Source: Mobula hypostoma (Eukaryota). From it: 64,000 nucleotides of DNA. The notes below the pieces were generated by a model that was not told the origin of the DNA, made no database searches, and saw only the letters and a program-made list of their open reading frames with translations. Position 1 is the stretch's first letter. Each line of letters begins with the position of its first letter. The translations under genes were made by a program, and so were the position numbers. Of the stretch, positions 48,869 to 60,957 are shown piece after piece. Location: positions 228,472,001 to 228,536,000 of the forward strand of contig NC_086097.1 in assembly GCF_963921235.1 (NCBI RefSeq), read 5' to 3'.

Positions 48869-51834
48869 GACTCTGATGGCAGTTAAATACAGGCCTCCAA
48901 ACAGTGGATGGGAGGTGGACTACAAATTACAATGAGAACTAGAAAAGGCATATCAAAAGGGCAATGATAATCATGGGAGATTTTAACTTGCAGGTCAATT
49001 GGAAAAATGAGGTTGGTAATGGATCTCAAAGAGTGAATCTGTTGGATGCCTACAAGATAGATTTTTAGAGCAGTTTGTCATTGAGCACACTAGGGGATCA
49101 GCTATACTGGATTGGATATTATGAAATGACCTGGAGGCAATTAGGGAGCTGAAGGAACTGTTAGGAGACAGTGATCACAATATGATTGAGTTCAACTGGA
49201 AATCTGATAGGGAGAAAGTAGTCTGACATAACAATACTTCAGTGGAGTAAAGGAAATTACAGTGGCACAAGAGAGGAGTTGGCCAATAAAATTGGAAGGA
49301 GATGCTGGCAGGGATGACAGCAGAGCAGCAATGGCGTGAGTTTCTGGGAAAATGAAGGTGGTGCAGGAGAGCTGTATTCCAAAAACAAAGAAATACTCAA
49401 ATGGCAAAACAGTACAACCATGGTTGTCATGGGAAGTCAAAGCTAATGAAAAAACAAAAGAGAGAGCATACAGCAAAACAAAAATTAGCGGGAAGATAGT
49501 GGATTGGGAAGCCTTTAAAAACCTACAGAAAGCAACTAAAAGGATTATTAGGACGGAAAAGATGAAATATGAAAGCAAGTTAGCAGACAATATCAAGGTG
49601 GATAGAAAGTATATAAAAAAAAGAGACATGAGAAAGGATATAGGCCCATGAGAAAATAGGCTGGAGAAATAATAACAGGGGACAAAGTGATGGTAGCTGA
49701 ACTAAGTGAGTATTTTGCATCAGGCTTCACTGTGGTGGACACTAGCAGTGTCACTCCACTCCTTAAGAAAGGAGGGAAGCAGCAAAAAGGAAATTATATA
49801 TCAGTTAGCCTGACAGTGGTAGGGAAGATGTTGAAGTCAATTGTTAAGGATGAAGTTATGGAGTACTTGGTGACACAGGACAAGATAGGACAACGTCAGC
49901 ACGGTTTCTTTGAAGGAACCAACAGGTTAGCCTGACTAACCTGTTGGAGTTCTTTGAGAAGATCACAAATAGGGCAGATAAAGGGGATGCAGTGGATGTT
50001 GTATATTTGGATTTTCAAAAGGCTTTTGACAAGGTGCCACACATGAGGCTGCTTACCAAGTTAAGAGCACATGATATTACAGGAAAATTATTAACATGGC
50101 TAGAGCATTGGCTGATTGGTAGGAGGCAGTGAGTGGGAATAAAAGGATCCTTTTCTGGTTGGCTGCCAGTGACCAGTAGTGTTCCACAGGGGTCAGTGTT
50201 GGGAACACTTCTTTTTATGCTGTATATAAATGATTTAGATGATGAAAGTTTGCAGATGATACGAAGATTGGTGGAGGGGCAGGTAGTGTTGAGGAAACAG
50301 GCAGGATGCAGAAGGACTTACACACTTTAGGAGAATGGGCAAGAGAGCGGCAAATGAAATATAATGTTGGAAAATTCATGATCATGCACTTTGGTGATAG
50401 AAATTAATGCGTGGACTATTTTCTAAATGAGAAGAAAATCCAAAAATCTGAGATGCAAAAGGATTTGGATGTCCTTGTGCAGAACACCCTGAAGGGTAAC
50501 TTGCAGGTTGAGTCACGGTGAGGAAAGCAAATGCAATGTTAGCATTCATTTCATGAGGTCTAGAATACAAGAACAGGGATGTGATGCTGAGGCTTTATAA
50601 GGCATGGGTGATGCTTCACCTCGAGTATTGTGAACAATTTTGGGCTCTTCATCTTAAAAGGGATATGCTGGCATTGGAGAGGGCCCAGAGGAGGTTCACA
50701 AGGATGATTCCAGGAATGAAAAGTTTGTTATATGAGGAATGGTTGCTGGCTCTGGGTCTGTACTCACTGGAATTCAGAAGGATGAGGGGGTATCTCATTG
50801 AAATCTTTCAAATGTCGAAAGGCCTAGACAGAGTAGATGTGGAAAGGATGCTTCCCATGGTGGGGCAGTCTAGGACAAGGGGGCACAACCTCAGGATAGA
50901 GGGCCATCCATTCAAAACAGAGATACAGAGAAATTTCTTGAGCCAAAGGGTGGTGAATTTCTGGAATTTGTTGCCCTGTGCAGCTGTGGAGGCCAGGTCG
51001 TTGGGTGTATATAAGGCAGAAATTGATAGATTGATAGAATGGACATGGCTCCAAAGGTTACAGGGAGAAGGCCAGGAAATGGGGTTGAGGAGGAGAAAAA
51101 AAAGGATCAGCCATGATTGAATGGTACAGCAGGCTCGATGGGCCAAATGGCCTAATTCTGCTCCTAAGTCTCATGGTCTTATGGTGTTATGGAGTTGCAT
51201 TTCATATTCTACAAGCCATAAAATGCTTACAATTGAGATGATGGTGGTGAATTTCCCTGGAACTACAGTCTTTGTGATGAAGATACTTCTGCAGTGCTGA
51301 TGGGTAGGGGAATCCACAAATGTAGACCCAGTAACAAGGAAGGTAGAGTTAAGTATGTCCAAAACCTGTTCCTCCCTCATGCCTGCTTATCGTAGTCTTG
51401 TGGATGAAAGGTTTAGGTGCCAAATCTCTCGTCCATGTTTTTTTAAAACTAAATTAAGGCATGTTATGTCATTGTTAATAGAGAAATATCTGTTCATCAA
51501 CATTTACTTTAATCAGTCTGCTGCAAGACAATTATCTAGAATAATACTTCCTTCTTTATGTTAGGCAGGGTTGAAACTACTAGTCATCTGCACAAGAATT
51601 TAACCTCGGCATTTATTTAAAGAAGGCAAAGCAGAATTTCTTATTTTGAAATGATCCACTTTGGATTCTGATGATAACATAATGGCTTAAACATAAACCT
51701 CCATTGCCTTAGTAAAGATCTAAACCATGGAGATCCATGATGCTTCCTGGGTACCTCACCAAATCTACCTCCAAGTCAGTGTTCCTTCTGCTGACAAGAA
51801 AAAAAAACAAAATCCGTGGGGCAAGCAGCAACTT

Positions 51835-52110
51835 TGAAGGTGGGGGATAGTCGATATTTTGGGTTGAAACATTGCAAGAAGACTGGGTCTGTAAAGGAGT
51901 GCCTACTTAAAGAAGTAAGCTAGGGGGTTTGGCAAGGGCTGGTAATGATAGATGGAACCAGGAAAGGTGAAGGATATTGGGCAGGTGAAACCAGGTGGGG
52001 CAGGCGAGGGGTGGAGTCCGGAAACAGTGGCTGGAGGGTGAAAGGTAGAGACAAATAAAGAAAGAGAGAGAAAGGGCAGACAGAAGCACAGAGTTGGGAG
52101 AGGTTAGACA
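51835..52110 (-). mobile_element. Degraded PLE 3' region
   Basis: Purine-rich tract with GATAGATGGAACCAGG...GGTGAAACCAGG similar to 28740-28980. Confidence 0.5.
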
Positions 52111-52309
52111 GAGACAACCCTTCTGCTTTGCTTTGAATTAAATGTATTCTTGTTTCAGGTTTGGCTACAGTAATTGATTCTAGAATTATATGATTTACTT
52201 GGCTAGTTGACTCTGAAGCATCAGAACCCTTTGCAATCAATAATTTGCAGAATGATTTATAAAACTTAAGCAGGGTCACATTGAAACAAAGCATATTTCA
52301 GATTTATAA

Positions 52310-52532
52310 ACACGAGATTCTGCAGGTGCTGGAAATCCAGAGTACCTCACACGAATTGCTGGAGGAGCTCAGCAGGTCAGGCAGCATTTATGGTGAGGAA
52401 TATGCAATAGACATTCCAGGCTGAGACTGAGGCCAAGATCTCAGCTGAAACATCAACTGTTTATTCTTCTGCAGGGATGCTGGAGGAACTCGGCATTTAT
52501 GGTGCCTGACCTGCCGGGTTCCACCAGCTTCC
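52310..52532. repeat. Palindromic pair of PLE-terminus repeats
   Basis: GCTGGAGGAGCTCAGCAGGTCAGGCA ... TGCCTGACCTGCCGGGTTCCACCAGC inverted arms; central TCTCAGCTGAAACATCAACTG. Confidence 0.7.
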
Positions 52533-53374
52533 TCTGAATATTTCAAGATTATCTGTAAGCTATTAGTAAAAAAAATGAGAGTCCCAGAATGACCCATGGT
52601 GCAGTAAGAGGCTTTATGCTAAATGTCCGCTCAGCCTCCTGCAGTAACATCATGAATTCCATCAACAGCATGTTGCTGCTTGAAAACCCTGTTTCCCATT
52701 ACTTTTGATACACTAGAATGTGTTTTTTCTACTTTCACAATCCGCCTCAAACCAACAATTTAAAAGCAGAGAACAAGTTTTAAAAAGGGTAAAAGAAAAG
52801 GGACACCAGCAAATGTTAAAGACTTAAAACGTTATAGGCCCGTGTTAGCAAATAAGCGACTGCAATTGCCAGTCATGTGTCATCTTGTTCCGTTTCATGT
52901 TTTATACCATGGATGCTGCTATTGACCTAGAAACATACAAGATCGTTAGTAGTAAATTAATCATTTATCACCCTTAAAAAGGAATACAGTATGAATCCCA
53001 AGGACTGCAAGAGAAAGTGTGTGTGCCTGTAGAGCAGAAAGCAATCTAAGGAAAGCAAAATTTGCTGCTATGACTTTTGAAGCAAGTATTAGAGTATCCA
53101 ATGCAGAACAAGTGCATTATTTATGATCCAACATGCCATCCATTCTACTTACGAGTGGATGTCTTTGCCACACCATAGAGGACAACAGAGATAGTGAATA
53201 AAGTTTTACATCCTTATGGGATGTGCTAAGAAATTAGGGCGATAATGTCTGACCCTGGAATAACTATTGATATTAGCTGATGTTATCTAGTTGCACTTGG
53301 AGGTGAAGAAAGAATATCATTAAGTAGCATTGAAAAACCTGTGCCAATACAATATATTGAAAAATAAGTATCTT

Positions 53375-54331
53375 TGGAAGAGAGGACTGAGTGTAGCATA
53401 GCAAAATTTGCTGATGACACTAAACTGAGTGGAGAAGCAAATTGTACAGAGGATGTGGAGAGTCTGCAGAGGGATATAGATAGGTTAAGTGTGTGGGCCA
53501 AGGTCTGGCAGATAAAATACAACATTGGTAAATGTGAGATCATCCACTTAATAATACAAGAGCAGATTATTATCTAAATAGTGAAAGATTGCAGCATGCT
53601 GTTGTGCAGAGGGAGTACTTGTGCATGAATCGCAAAAAGTTGGCTTGCAGCTACAACAGGTTATTAAGAAGGCAAATAGAATGTTGGCCTTCATTGCTAG
53701 AGAGATTGAATTTTTCAAGAGCAGGGAGGTCATGCTGCAACTATACAAGGTACTGGTGAGGACGCACCTGGAGTACTGTGTGCAGTTCTTATCTCCATGC
53801 TTGAGGGAGGATATACTGGCTTTGGAGGCAGTGCAGAGCAGGTTCACCAGGTTGATTCCAGGGATGAAGGGGTTAACCTATGAGGAGAGATTGAGTCGCC
53901 TGGGACTATACTCTCTGGAGTTCAGAAGAATGAGAGGAGATCTTATAGAAACATACAAAATTTTGAAAAGGATATATAAGATACAAGTAGGAAAATTGTT
54001 TCCATTGATAGGTGAGACAAGAACTAGGGGACATTGCCTCAAGATTCAGGGGAGAAGATTTAGGATGGAGATGAGGAGAAACTGCTTTTCCCAGAGAGTG
54101 GTGGATCTGTGGAATTCTCTGCACAGGGAAGCAGTTGAGGCTTCTTCACTAAATATATTTAAGAAACAGTTAGATAAGTTTTTGCATTGTAAGGGAATTA
54201 AGGGTTATGGGGAAAAGGCAAGTAGATTCAGCTGAGTTTACGGAAAGATCAGCCATGATCTTATTAAATGGCGGGGCAGGCTCGATGGGCCGAATGGCCT
54301 ACTCCTGCTCTTATTTCCTATGTTCTTATGT
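53375..54331 (+). mobile_element. CR1 3' fragment
   Basis: ORFs 53374-53577 (FADDTK) and 53621-54235. Confidence 0.92.
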
Positions 54332-54371
54332 ACCTTTTCGCTCAGCAAAATCTGTTCATTTCACAACCAAT

Positions 54372-54840
54372 CATAAGACCATAAAACATTGGAGCAGACA
54401 TAGGTCTTTCAGCCCATCGAGTCTACTCCGCCATTCCATCATGGCTGATTTATTATTCTTCTCAAACCCATTTCCCTGCCTTCTCTCAATAACCTTTTGA
54501 TGCCCTTACTAATCAAGAACATATCAACCTCCGCTTTAAATATACCAAATTACTTGGCATCCACAGCCATCGGTGGCAATGAATTCCACAGATTCACCAC
54601 CCTCTGGTGAAAGAAATTCCTCCTCATCTTTGTTCTAAAGGGACGTCCTTCTATTTGAGGTTGTGCCCTCTTGTCCTTGACACTTCCACTGTAGGAAACA
54701 TCCACTTTCAATATTTGATAGGTTTTAGTGAGATCACCCCCTCATTCTTTTGAACTCAAGTGAGTACAGACCAGGAGCCATCAAACATTCCTCCAGTTCA
54801 CTCCCAGGATCATTCTTGGGAACTCCCATTGGACCCTCTA
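54372..54840 (-). mobile_element. CR1 3' fragment
   Basis: Homologous to 26753-27250. Confidence 0.85.
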
Positions 54841-55094
54841 CTAAAAAGCTCTAGGAAAAATAGAGCGCTCAAATTGTAGGACCAGCAAAGTTCTGATGAA
54901 GAAAGTACCGCACGAGGCAACTGACCCATATTGTTGAATAATTTTTTCAACATTGATGAACCTTATGATTTTATTTGATGCAACTCGATTTACACATTTG
55001 CTCCCAACAAGAAGTTAATGGTGAAGGAACTTGTGTAAACTGCACACCTCTGGTGTAAACAAGACAATTGCACTGCTCCAGAGAGTCCTATATG

Positions 55095-55290
55095 AGGCCA
55101 TTGAACTCTATAATGAGTCAACCCACAGCCGGGGAAGTGATAACCCCCTCCTGTTAGACTGTTTGCAATAACTTTTTTTTTTAATCCTTACTACTTCTTT
55201 TCTAATATTTATATCTGTGCACTTGTAGTGCTACTATGACACTGTAATTTCTTTTGAGATCAATAAAGTATCTATCTATCTATCTATCTA
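55095..55290 (+). mobile_element. Rex1-like 3' end with (TATC)n tail
   Basis: GGCCATTGAACTCTATAA...GATCAATAAAG(TATC)x5. Confidence 0.7.
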
Positions 55291-55467
55291 ATTCAAGTCG
55301 ACTGCTAAATTCAAATTCATTTTTACGCTTTCTGAACTACCCATTTAAAACGTGCTTGGCTTCCTAAATATATTAAATATTTTGGATCTGTGCATATAAT
55401 CTGTTTTTAGTACCTAAGTCAAGTATCAGGACTTACGGACCAGAGTTCCTCAACAATCTCTGTAGTC

Positions 55468-55823
55468 ATAGAAACATAGAAAACCTACAGCATAATACAG
55501 GCCCTTCAGCCCACAATGCTGTGCTGAACGTGTACTTAATTTAGAAATTACCTCAGGTTACCCATAGCCCTCTATTTTTCTAAGCTCCATGTACCTATCC
55601 AGGAGTTTCTTAAAAGACCCTATTATATCTGCCTCCACCACTGTCACTGGCAACCCATTCCACGCACTCACCACTCTCTGCGTAAAAAACTGACCCCTGA
55701 CATCTTCTCTGTACCTGCTTCCAAGCACCTTAAAACTGTGTCCTCTTGTGTTAGCCATTTCAGCCTTGGGAAAAAGTCTCTGACTACCCACACGATCAAC
55801 GCCTCTCATCATCTTATACACCT
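55468..55823 (-). mobile_element. CR1 3' end
   Basis: ORF 55558-55821; TTTCTATG tail. Confidence 0.9.
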
Positions 55824-56381
55824 ATAGTCACCTATAGTAAATTATCTAGTACTTGGATTTTATCCCTTTTCTTACAGTAACATTCTGCTGCATAAACAGC
55901 TGATGTCCAAAAACTTTCCCACAAACAAAAATGACAAGAAAGCCATTACAACCAGTTCCATAGTGGTTTCGATCTAAAACAGGACCAACTTAGTTCTTAT
56001 CAAAAACTACATGTGAAATTCTCAGATGCCATGACTTATCCACACCATACCATGGGAATGGCTAAAGGTAACTCTCCATGTATCAGAGGTTGTCGTGGAG
56101 TTGATGGAAAACACAAAGCATGGGAAAGCAAAGCAATGTCTTTTGTGTGAGGACATTGCTAATGTTGCTAGTAGCCTCATACCATGAGGAAGAACCAGAT
56201 CATCAATATTGCAAAGATCACAGTATACAGCTCAGATGTGATGTCCATAAAGTGGATGGAATTCATAATGGACGGACTGGAGTTGAGGTTTTCATTATCC
56301 TGAGCACTGATGGCTGAAGCTGGCAGTTGTTATGTCGAAGATATTGACAGCACACAGTAGACTCTAAGTGATGCCTCTACG

Positions 56382-56620
56382 TTCTTCATCTTCTTGAGAA
56401 CATCACCCCTACTAGGGCACATAGGCAGCCAAAAACAGTCAACAGAGTCCTCTGTCCTGGACCAATCTTTCAAGTTATCCCCAGATATGGCCCATCTTCT
56501 CCTTCCTTTCCCAAAAATGAGGTCTTTGGAGCTTCTGGTGGTAGTTCTGGGTTTTTGCAGGATGGGGTTGCTAGACCCATGCCTGACCCCCTCCTTTCGC
56601 AGTCAGGCTTGGGACTGTCT
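56382..56620 (-). mobile_element. Probable RTE-derived non-autonomous element
   Basis: Minus strand CAGTCCCAAGCC...GAAAGGAGG...CTAGCAACCCCATCCTGCAAAAA resembles RTE 5'UTR motifs; (GAA)n-like tail. Confidence 0.55.
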
Positions 56621-57394
56621 ATGGCAGAGTTATGCCTCTTTGTTAATCCCAGCATAACCTTTGCTTCATTGTAGACATTCACTAAGAGTTGCACGTTTCT
56701 CCCCAGAGCTGCTATTTATGTTGTAAAGGAGAAGGTAGAACTTGTGACACCAGTATTTGGAAAGGCAGTTCAGTCTCTGTTACTTCAAGATGTGCTGTGA
56801 CTGACGGCAACCTACACCACTTCTACTCTATGGTACTGAAAAAACACAGCAGAGTTATGGGGAATGATGATCAATTAGCAGATACCGAATGAAAATATTC
56901 AACAGTGGCTGATATGATTGGCTGTTGACTTGAGAGCCACTATTTTCACTATCATTCACATTCAAAGAAGTTTTGGTCTACCCATGAGTGTAAATTCACT
57001 TCTATATGCAAGAGGCAGAAATGAACATGAAGTTTCATAAGAGTTCCTCTGCATGTGTATGTACTTCCTCTATATATCTATCTCTATACAGCAGACTGTC
57101 CATGTTCAGTCAGCCTGACCAACTGTTGCAGAATGTGGACGACATCCCATTGTTTTGTTACATCAGAACCTTTAGAACTTCTCCAAAAAACTAGACTAAA
57201 AATGAATCCAAAGAACTGCACATAGGCCAGGGAGAGTTTTGAGTTTTTAGGCTAACTTATCTGGTGAACTCCAGTTCTACAGTTCTATTAAGGCTCAGAT
57301 TTTGTTGTGGTTGGAGTTAAGACCAGGGAATAGGGAATAAAGATTCCAGATTTGGATTGAGATGTGTCTTTTGAAGAGTAAAGTGGGGCCTTCT

Positions 57395-59235
57395 CTTGTA
57401 CCACCTCCCAACTCTTTCTCAGTTGCGTCAACGGTTGCATTGGTGCTCCTTCCTGCATCTAGGAAGCAGCACCAATGCTGCTAATGTCCACTCTGCCCTC
57501 AAATTCACTTGGACCATTTCTAACACTTCTTTCCCTTTTCTAATTTTTTCTGTCTCCACCTCAGAGAAAAATCTACCCATTTGCCCTGAACTCACTGACT
57601 CCCACAGCTACTTAGACTACACCTCTTCCAACCTGTCTCTTTTAAGGATACCACCCCTTTCCTCCCAGTTTGTTGTCTCCTCTGTATTTGTCAAGGTGAG
57701 AACTTCCATTCCAGTACATATGAAATGCCCTGCTTTTTCAGGAACTATGGCCTCCCTTGCACCTTGGTTACTGGAGCTCTCCCTTGCATTTCCACAGGAA
57801 AAACTCTCATCCCACCTGTCGCTCTAAATAGCACAAAGATAGAGTTCTTCTAGTACTTACCCATCACCCTTCTAGCCTCTGCATCCAGTCCGTCATCAGT
57901 TGTCACTTCTGCCAGCTGCCGCAAGATCCCACAACGAGATACCTCTTCTCCTCTGAACCCCTTCTGTCTCCACTCTCTCTATGACTCCGTGGTTTTTGGG
58001 ACTGGGTCCATTGTTATTTGTCATCTATATCAATGATCTGGATGATAATGTGGTAAATTGGATCAGCAAATTTGCTGATGATACAAAGATTGGAGGTGTA
58101 GTAGACAGTGAGGAAGGTTTTCAGAGCCTGGAGAGGGACTTGGACCAGCTGGAAAAATGGGATGAAAAATGGCAGATGGAGTTTAATACAGATAACTGTG
58201 AGGTATTGCACGTTGGAAGGACAAACCAACGTAGAACATACAGGGTTAATGGTAAGGCACTGAGGAGCGCAGTGGAACAGAGGGATCTGGGAATACAGAT
58301 ACAAAATTCCCTAAAAGTGGCGTCTCAGGTAGATAGGGTCGTAAAGAGAGCTTTTGGTACATTGGCCTTTATTAATCGAAGTATTGAGTATAAGAGCTGG
58401 AATGTTATGATGAGGTTGTATAAGGCATTGGTGAGGCCGAATCTGGAGTATTGTGTTCAGTTTTGGTCACCGAATTACAGGAAGGATATAAATAAGGTTG
58501 AAAGAGTTCAGAGAAGGTTTACAAGGATGTTGCCGGGACTTGAGAAACTCAGTTACAGAGAAAGGTTGAATAGGTTAGGACTTTATTCCCTGGAGCGTAG
58601 AAGAATGAGGGGAGATTTGATAGAGGTATATAAAATTACAATGGGTATAGATAGAGTGAATGCAAGCAGGCTTTTTCCACTGAGGCAAGGGGAGTAAAAA
58701 ACCAGTGGACATGGGTTAAGGGTGAGGGGGGAAAAGTTTAAAGAGAACATTAGGGGGGGCTTCTTCACACAGAGAGTGGTGGGATTATGGAATGAGCTGC
58801 CAGATGAGGTGGTAAATGCTGGTTCTTTTTTAACATTTAAAAATAAATTGGACAGATACATGGATGGAAGGTGTATGGAGGGATATGGTCCGAGTGCAGG
58901 TCAGTGGGACTAGGCAGAAAATGGTTCGGCACAGCCAAGAAGGGCCAAAAGGCCTGTTTCTGTGCTGTAGTTTCTATGGTTCTATGGTTCTATGGTTTGC
59001 TCATCTCTCTCCACATATCCCTCTGACTCCTGACAGTTTTACCCTGCACCCCCTACCTCACCACCATCTAGGGACCTAAAGAGCCCTTCCAGAAGAGGCA
59101 AAGGTTTGCTTGCATTCCTCCAATCTTGGCTGCTCCAATTAGCGCTCCCGATGTGACCTCCACTTTTGCAGCATCAGAGAAGTGTGATGTATAGATAGGT
59201 CAGGTGCACCGTGCACACCTATGGGGATGCTGGAG
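57395..59235 (+). mobile_element. Old PLE fragment split by a CR1
   Basis: ORF 57396-57827 HSALKFTWTIS...TDSHSYLDYTS; resumes after 58995 with a degraded nuclease region. Confidence 0.75.
57998..58996 (+). mobile_element. CR1 3' fragment
   Basis: ORFs 57981-58697 and 58722-58913; (TCTATGGT)x3 tail; TGGTTT on both flanks. Confidence 0.92.
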
Positions 59236-59257
59236 GAGGCATTCTTGAGTTTAATCG

Positions 59258-59603
59258 GGCAGGAGGTACAAAGGCCTCAGGTCCCACTTCACCAAGCTGG
59301 AACAGTTATTACCCTACAGCTATCAGGCTCCGGAACCAGTTTGATAACTTCACTCACCTCAACTCTGAACTGATTTTATGACCTATGGACTCACTTTTAA
59401 AGACGCTTCACAACTTGTTCTCAGTGTCACTTTTTATTTGCAGAATTTGTCTTCTCTTACACATTTGTTATTCGTCAGTCTTTGATTACATATAGTTTTT
59501 CATAAGCTCTACTGTACTTCTTTATTTCTCCTGTAAACATCTGCAAGAAATTAATAGCAAGGTTGTATTTGGTGAAATATACATACTATGGTAAAAAAAT
59601 TTA
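59258..59603 (+). mobile_element. Rex1-like 3' end
   Basis: GGCAGGAGGTACAAAGGCCTCAGG (GRRYK) plus 3'UTR. Confidence 0.7.
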
Positions 59604-60111
59604 CATAGAAACATAGAAAACCTACATCACAATACAGGCCCTTTGGCCGACAAAACTGTGCTGAACATATCCCTGTCTTAGAAATACCTAGGCTTTACCC
59701 ATAACCCTCTATTTTTCTAAGCTCCATGTAGCCATTCAGGAATCTCTTAAAAGACCCTATCGTCTCCGCCTCCACCACTCCCACCGGCAGCCTATTCCAT
59801 GCACTCACCACGCTCTGCGTAAAAAACTTACCCTGACGTCTCCTCTGTATCTACTTCCAAGCACCTTAAGACTATGCCCTCTCGTGCTAGCCATTTCAGC
59901 CCTGGAGAAAAGCCTCTGACTATCCACACGATCAATGCCTCTCATTATCTTGTACACATCTATCAAGTCGCCTCTCATCTTCCATCGCTCCAAGGAGAAA
60001 AGGCCGAATTCACTCAACCTATTCTCATAAGGCATGCTCCCCAATCCAGGCAACATCCTTGTAAATCTCTTCTGCACCCATTCTATGGTCTCCACGTCCT
60101 TCCTATAGTGA
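59604..60111 (-). mobile_element. CR1 3' fragment
   Basis: ORF 59805-60158; TTTCTATG tail. Confidence 0.9.
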
Positions 60112-60531
60112 CACTCACAACACGCTGGGCAGCATCCGTGGAAACGATGAGTCAACATTTCCGGCCGGAACTCTTCGTCAGGACTGAAGAGGGAAGGGGC
60201 AGAGGCCCTATAAAGAAGGTGGGGGAGGGTTAGAAGTAGAAGGCTGGTAGGTTCAGTTGAAAAACCAGTAATTTGAAAGACAAAAGGGTGGGGGAGGGGA
60301 AACAGGGAGGTGATAGGCAGGAAAACATTGGGTAGTAAAAGGAGGCGGAACCATGAGGGAGGTGATAGGCAGCTGGGGGAGGGGGCAGAGTGAAATAGGG
60401 ATAGAGGAAGGGAGGGGGAGGGAATTACCGGAAGTTGGAGAATTCTATGTTCATACCAAGGGGCTGGAGACTACCTAGACGGTATATGGGGTGTTGCTCC
60501 TCCAACCTGAGTTTAGCCTCATCATGGCAGT
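60112..60531 (-). mobile_element. PLE 3' end with hammerhead motif
   Basis: Homologous to 22680-23197; motif at 60149-60186 has intact CTGACGA and GAAA. Confidence 0.85.
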
Positions 60532-60671
60532 ACTACCATGTGATCTTTATCTCATGCTGGAAAGGGTGAACTGTTTCAAGTTCCTGGGCATCAACATTTC
60601 AGGGGATCCATCCTGGTCTCATGATGAAGGCTCATCAGGGGCTATACTTCATTAAGAGTTTGAGATTTGGT

Positions 60672-60882
60672 ATTTTACTTTATTTAGGAATACAACATGC
60701 TAACGGCCCATACCACCCAATTACACACATGTGGCCTATTAGCCAACAAACCTGTATGTCTTTGAAATGTGGGAGGAAAGCAGAGTACCTGGAGGAAACC
60801 CATGGGGTCATGGGTGGCATGTACAAACTCATTACAGATAGCTGCAATAGCATTCTCAGAACCGCTACACTACCGTACCATC
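60672..60882 (-). mobile_element. V-SINE-like copy
   Basis: GTCTTTGAAATGTGGGAGGAAAGCAGAGTACCTGGAGGAAACCCA. Confidence 0.7.
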
Positions 60883-60957
60883 CTTGATATTGTTTTTCCC
60901 TTGTATCACCTCAAAGCACAGTTGGAATGAAAAGCTTTTCACTGTATCTCATTAAAA

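Larger units (their letters stand above)
46635..51187 (+). mobile_element. Degraded near-full CR1 ORF2 (46635-46986 + 48868-51187)
   Basis: SIRNKVD EN start; GGGTAAAAAG rejoins GACTCTGATGG...TACAGGCCTCCAAAC; RT ORFs 49352-51120; TCTTATGG tail. Confidence 0.88.
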
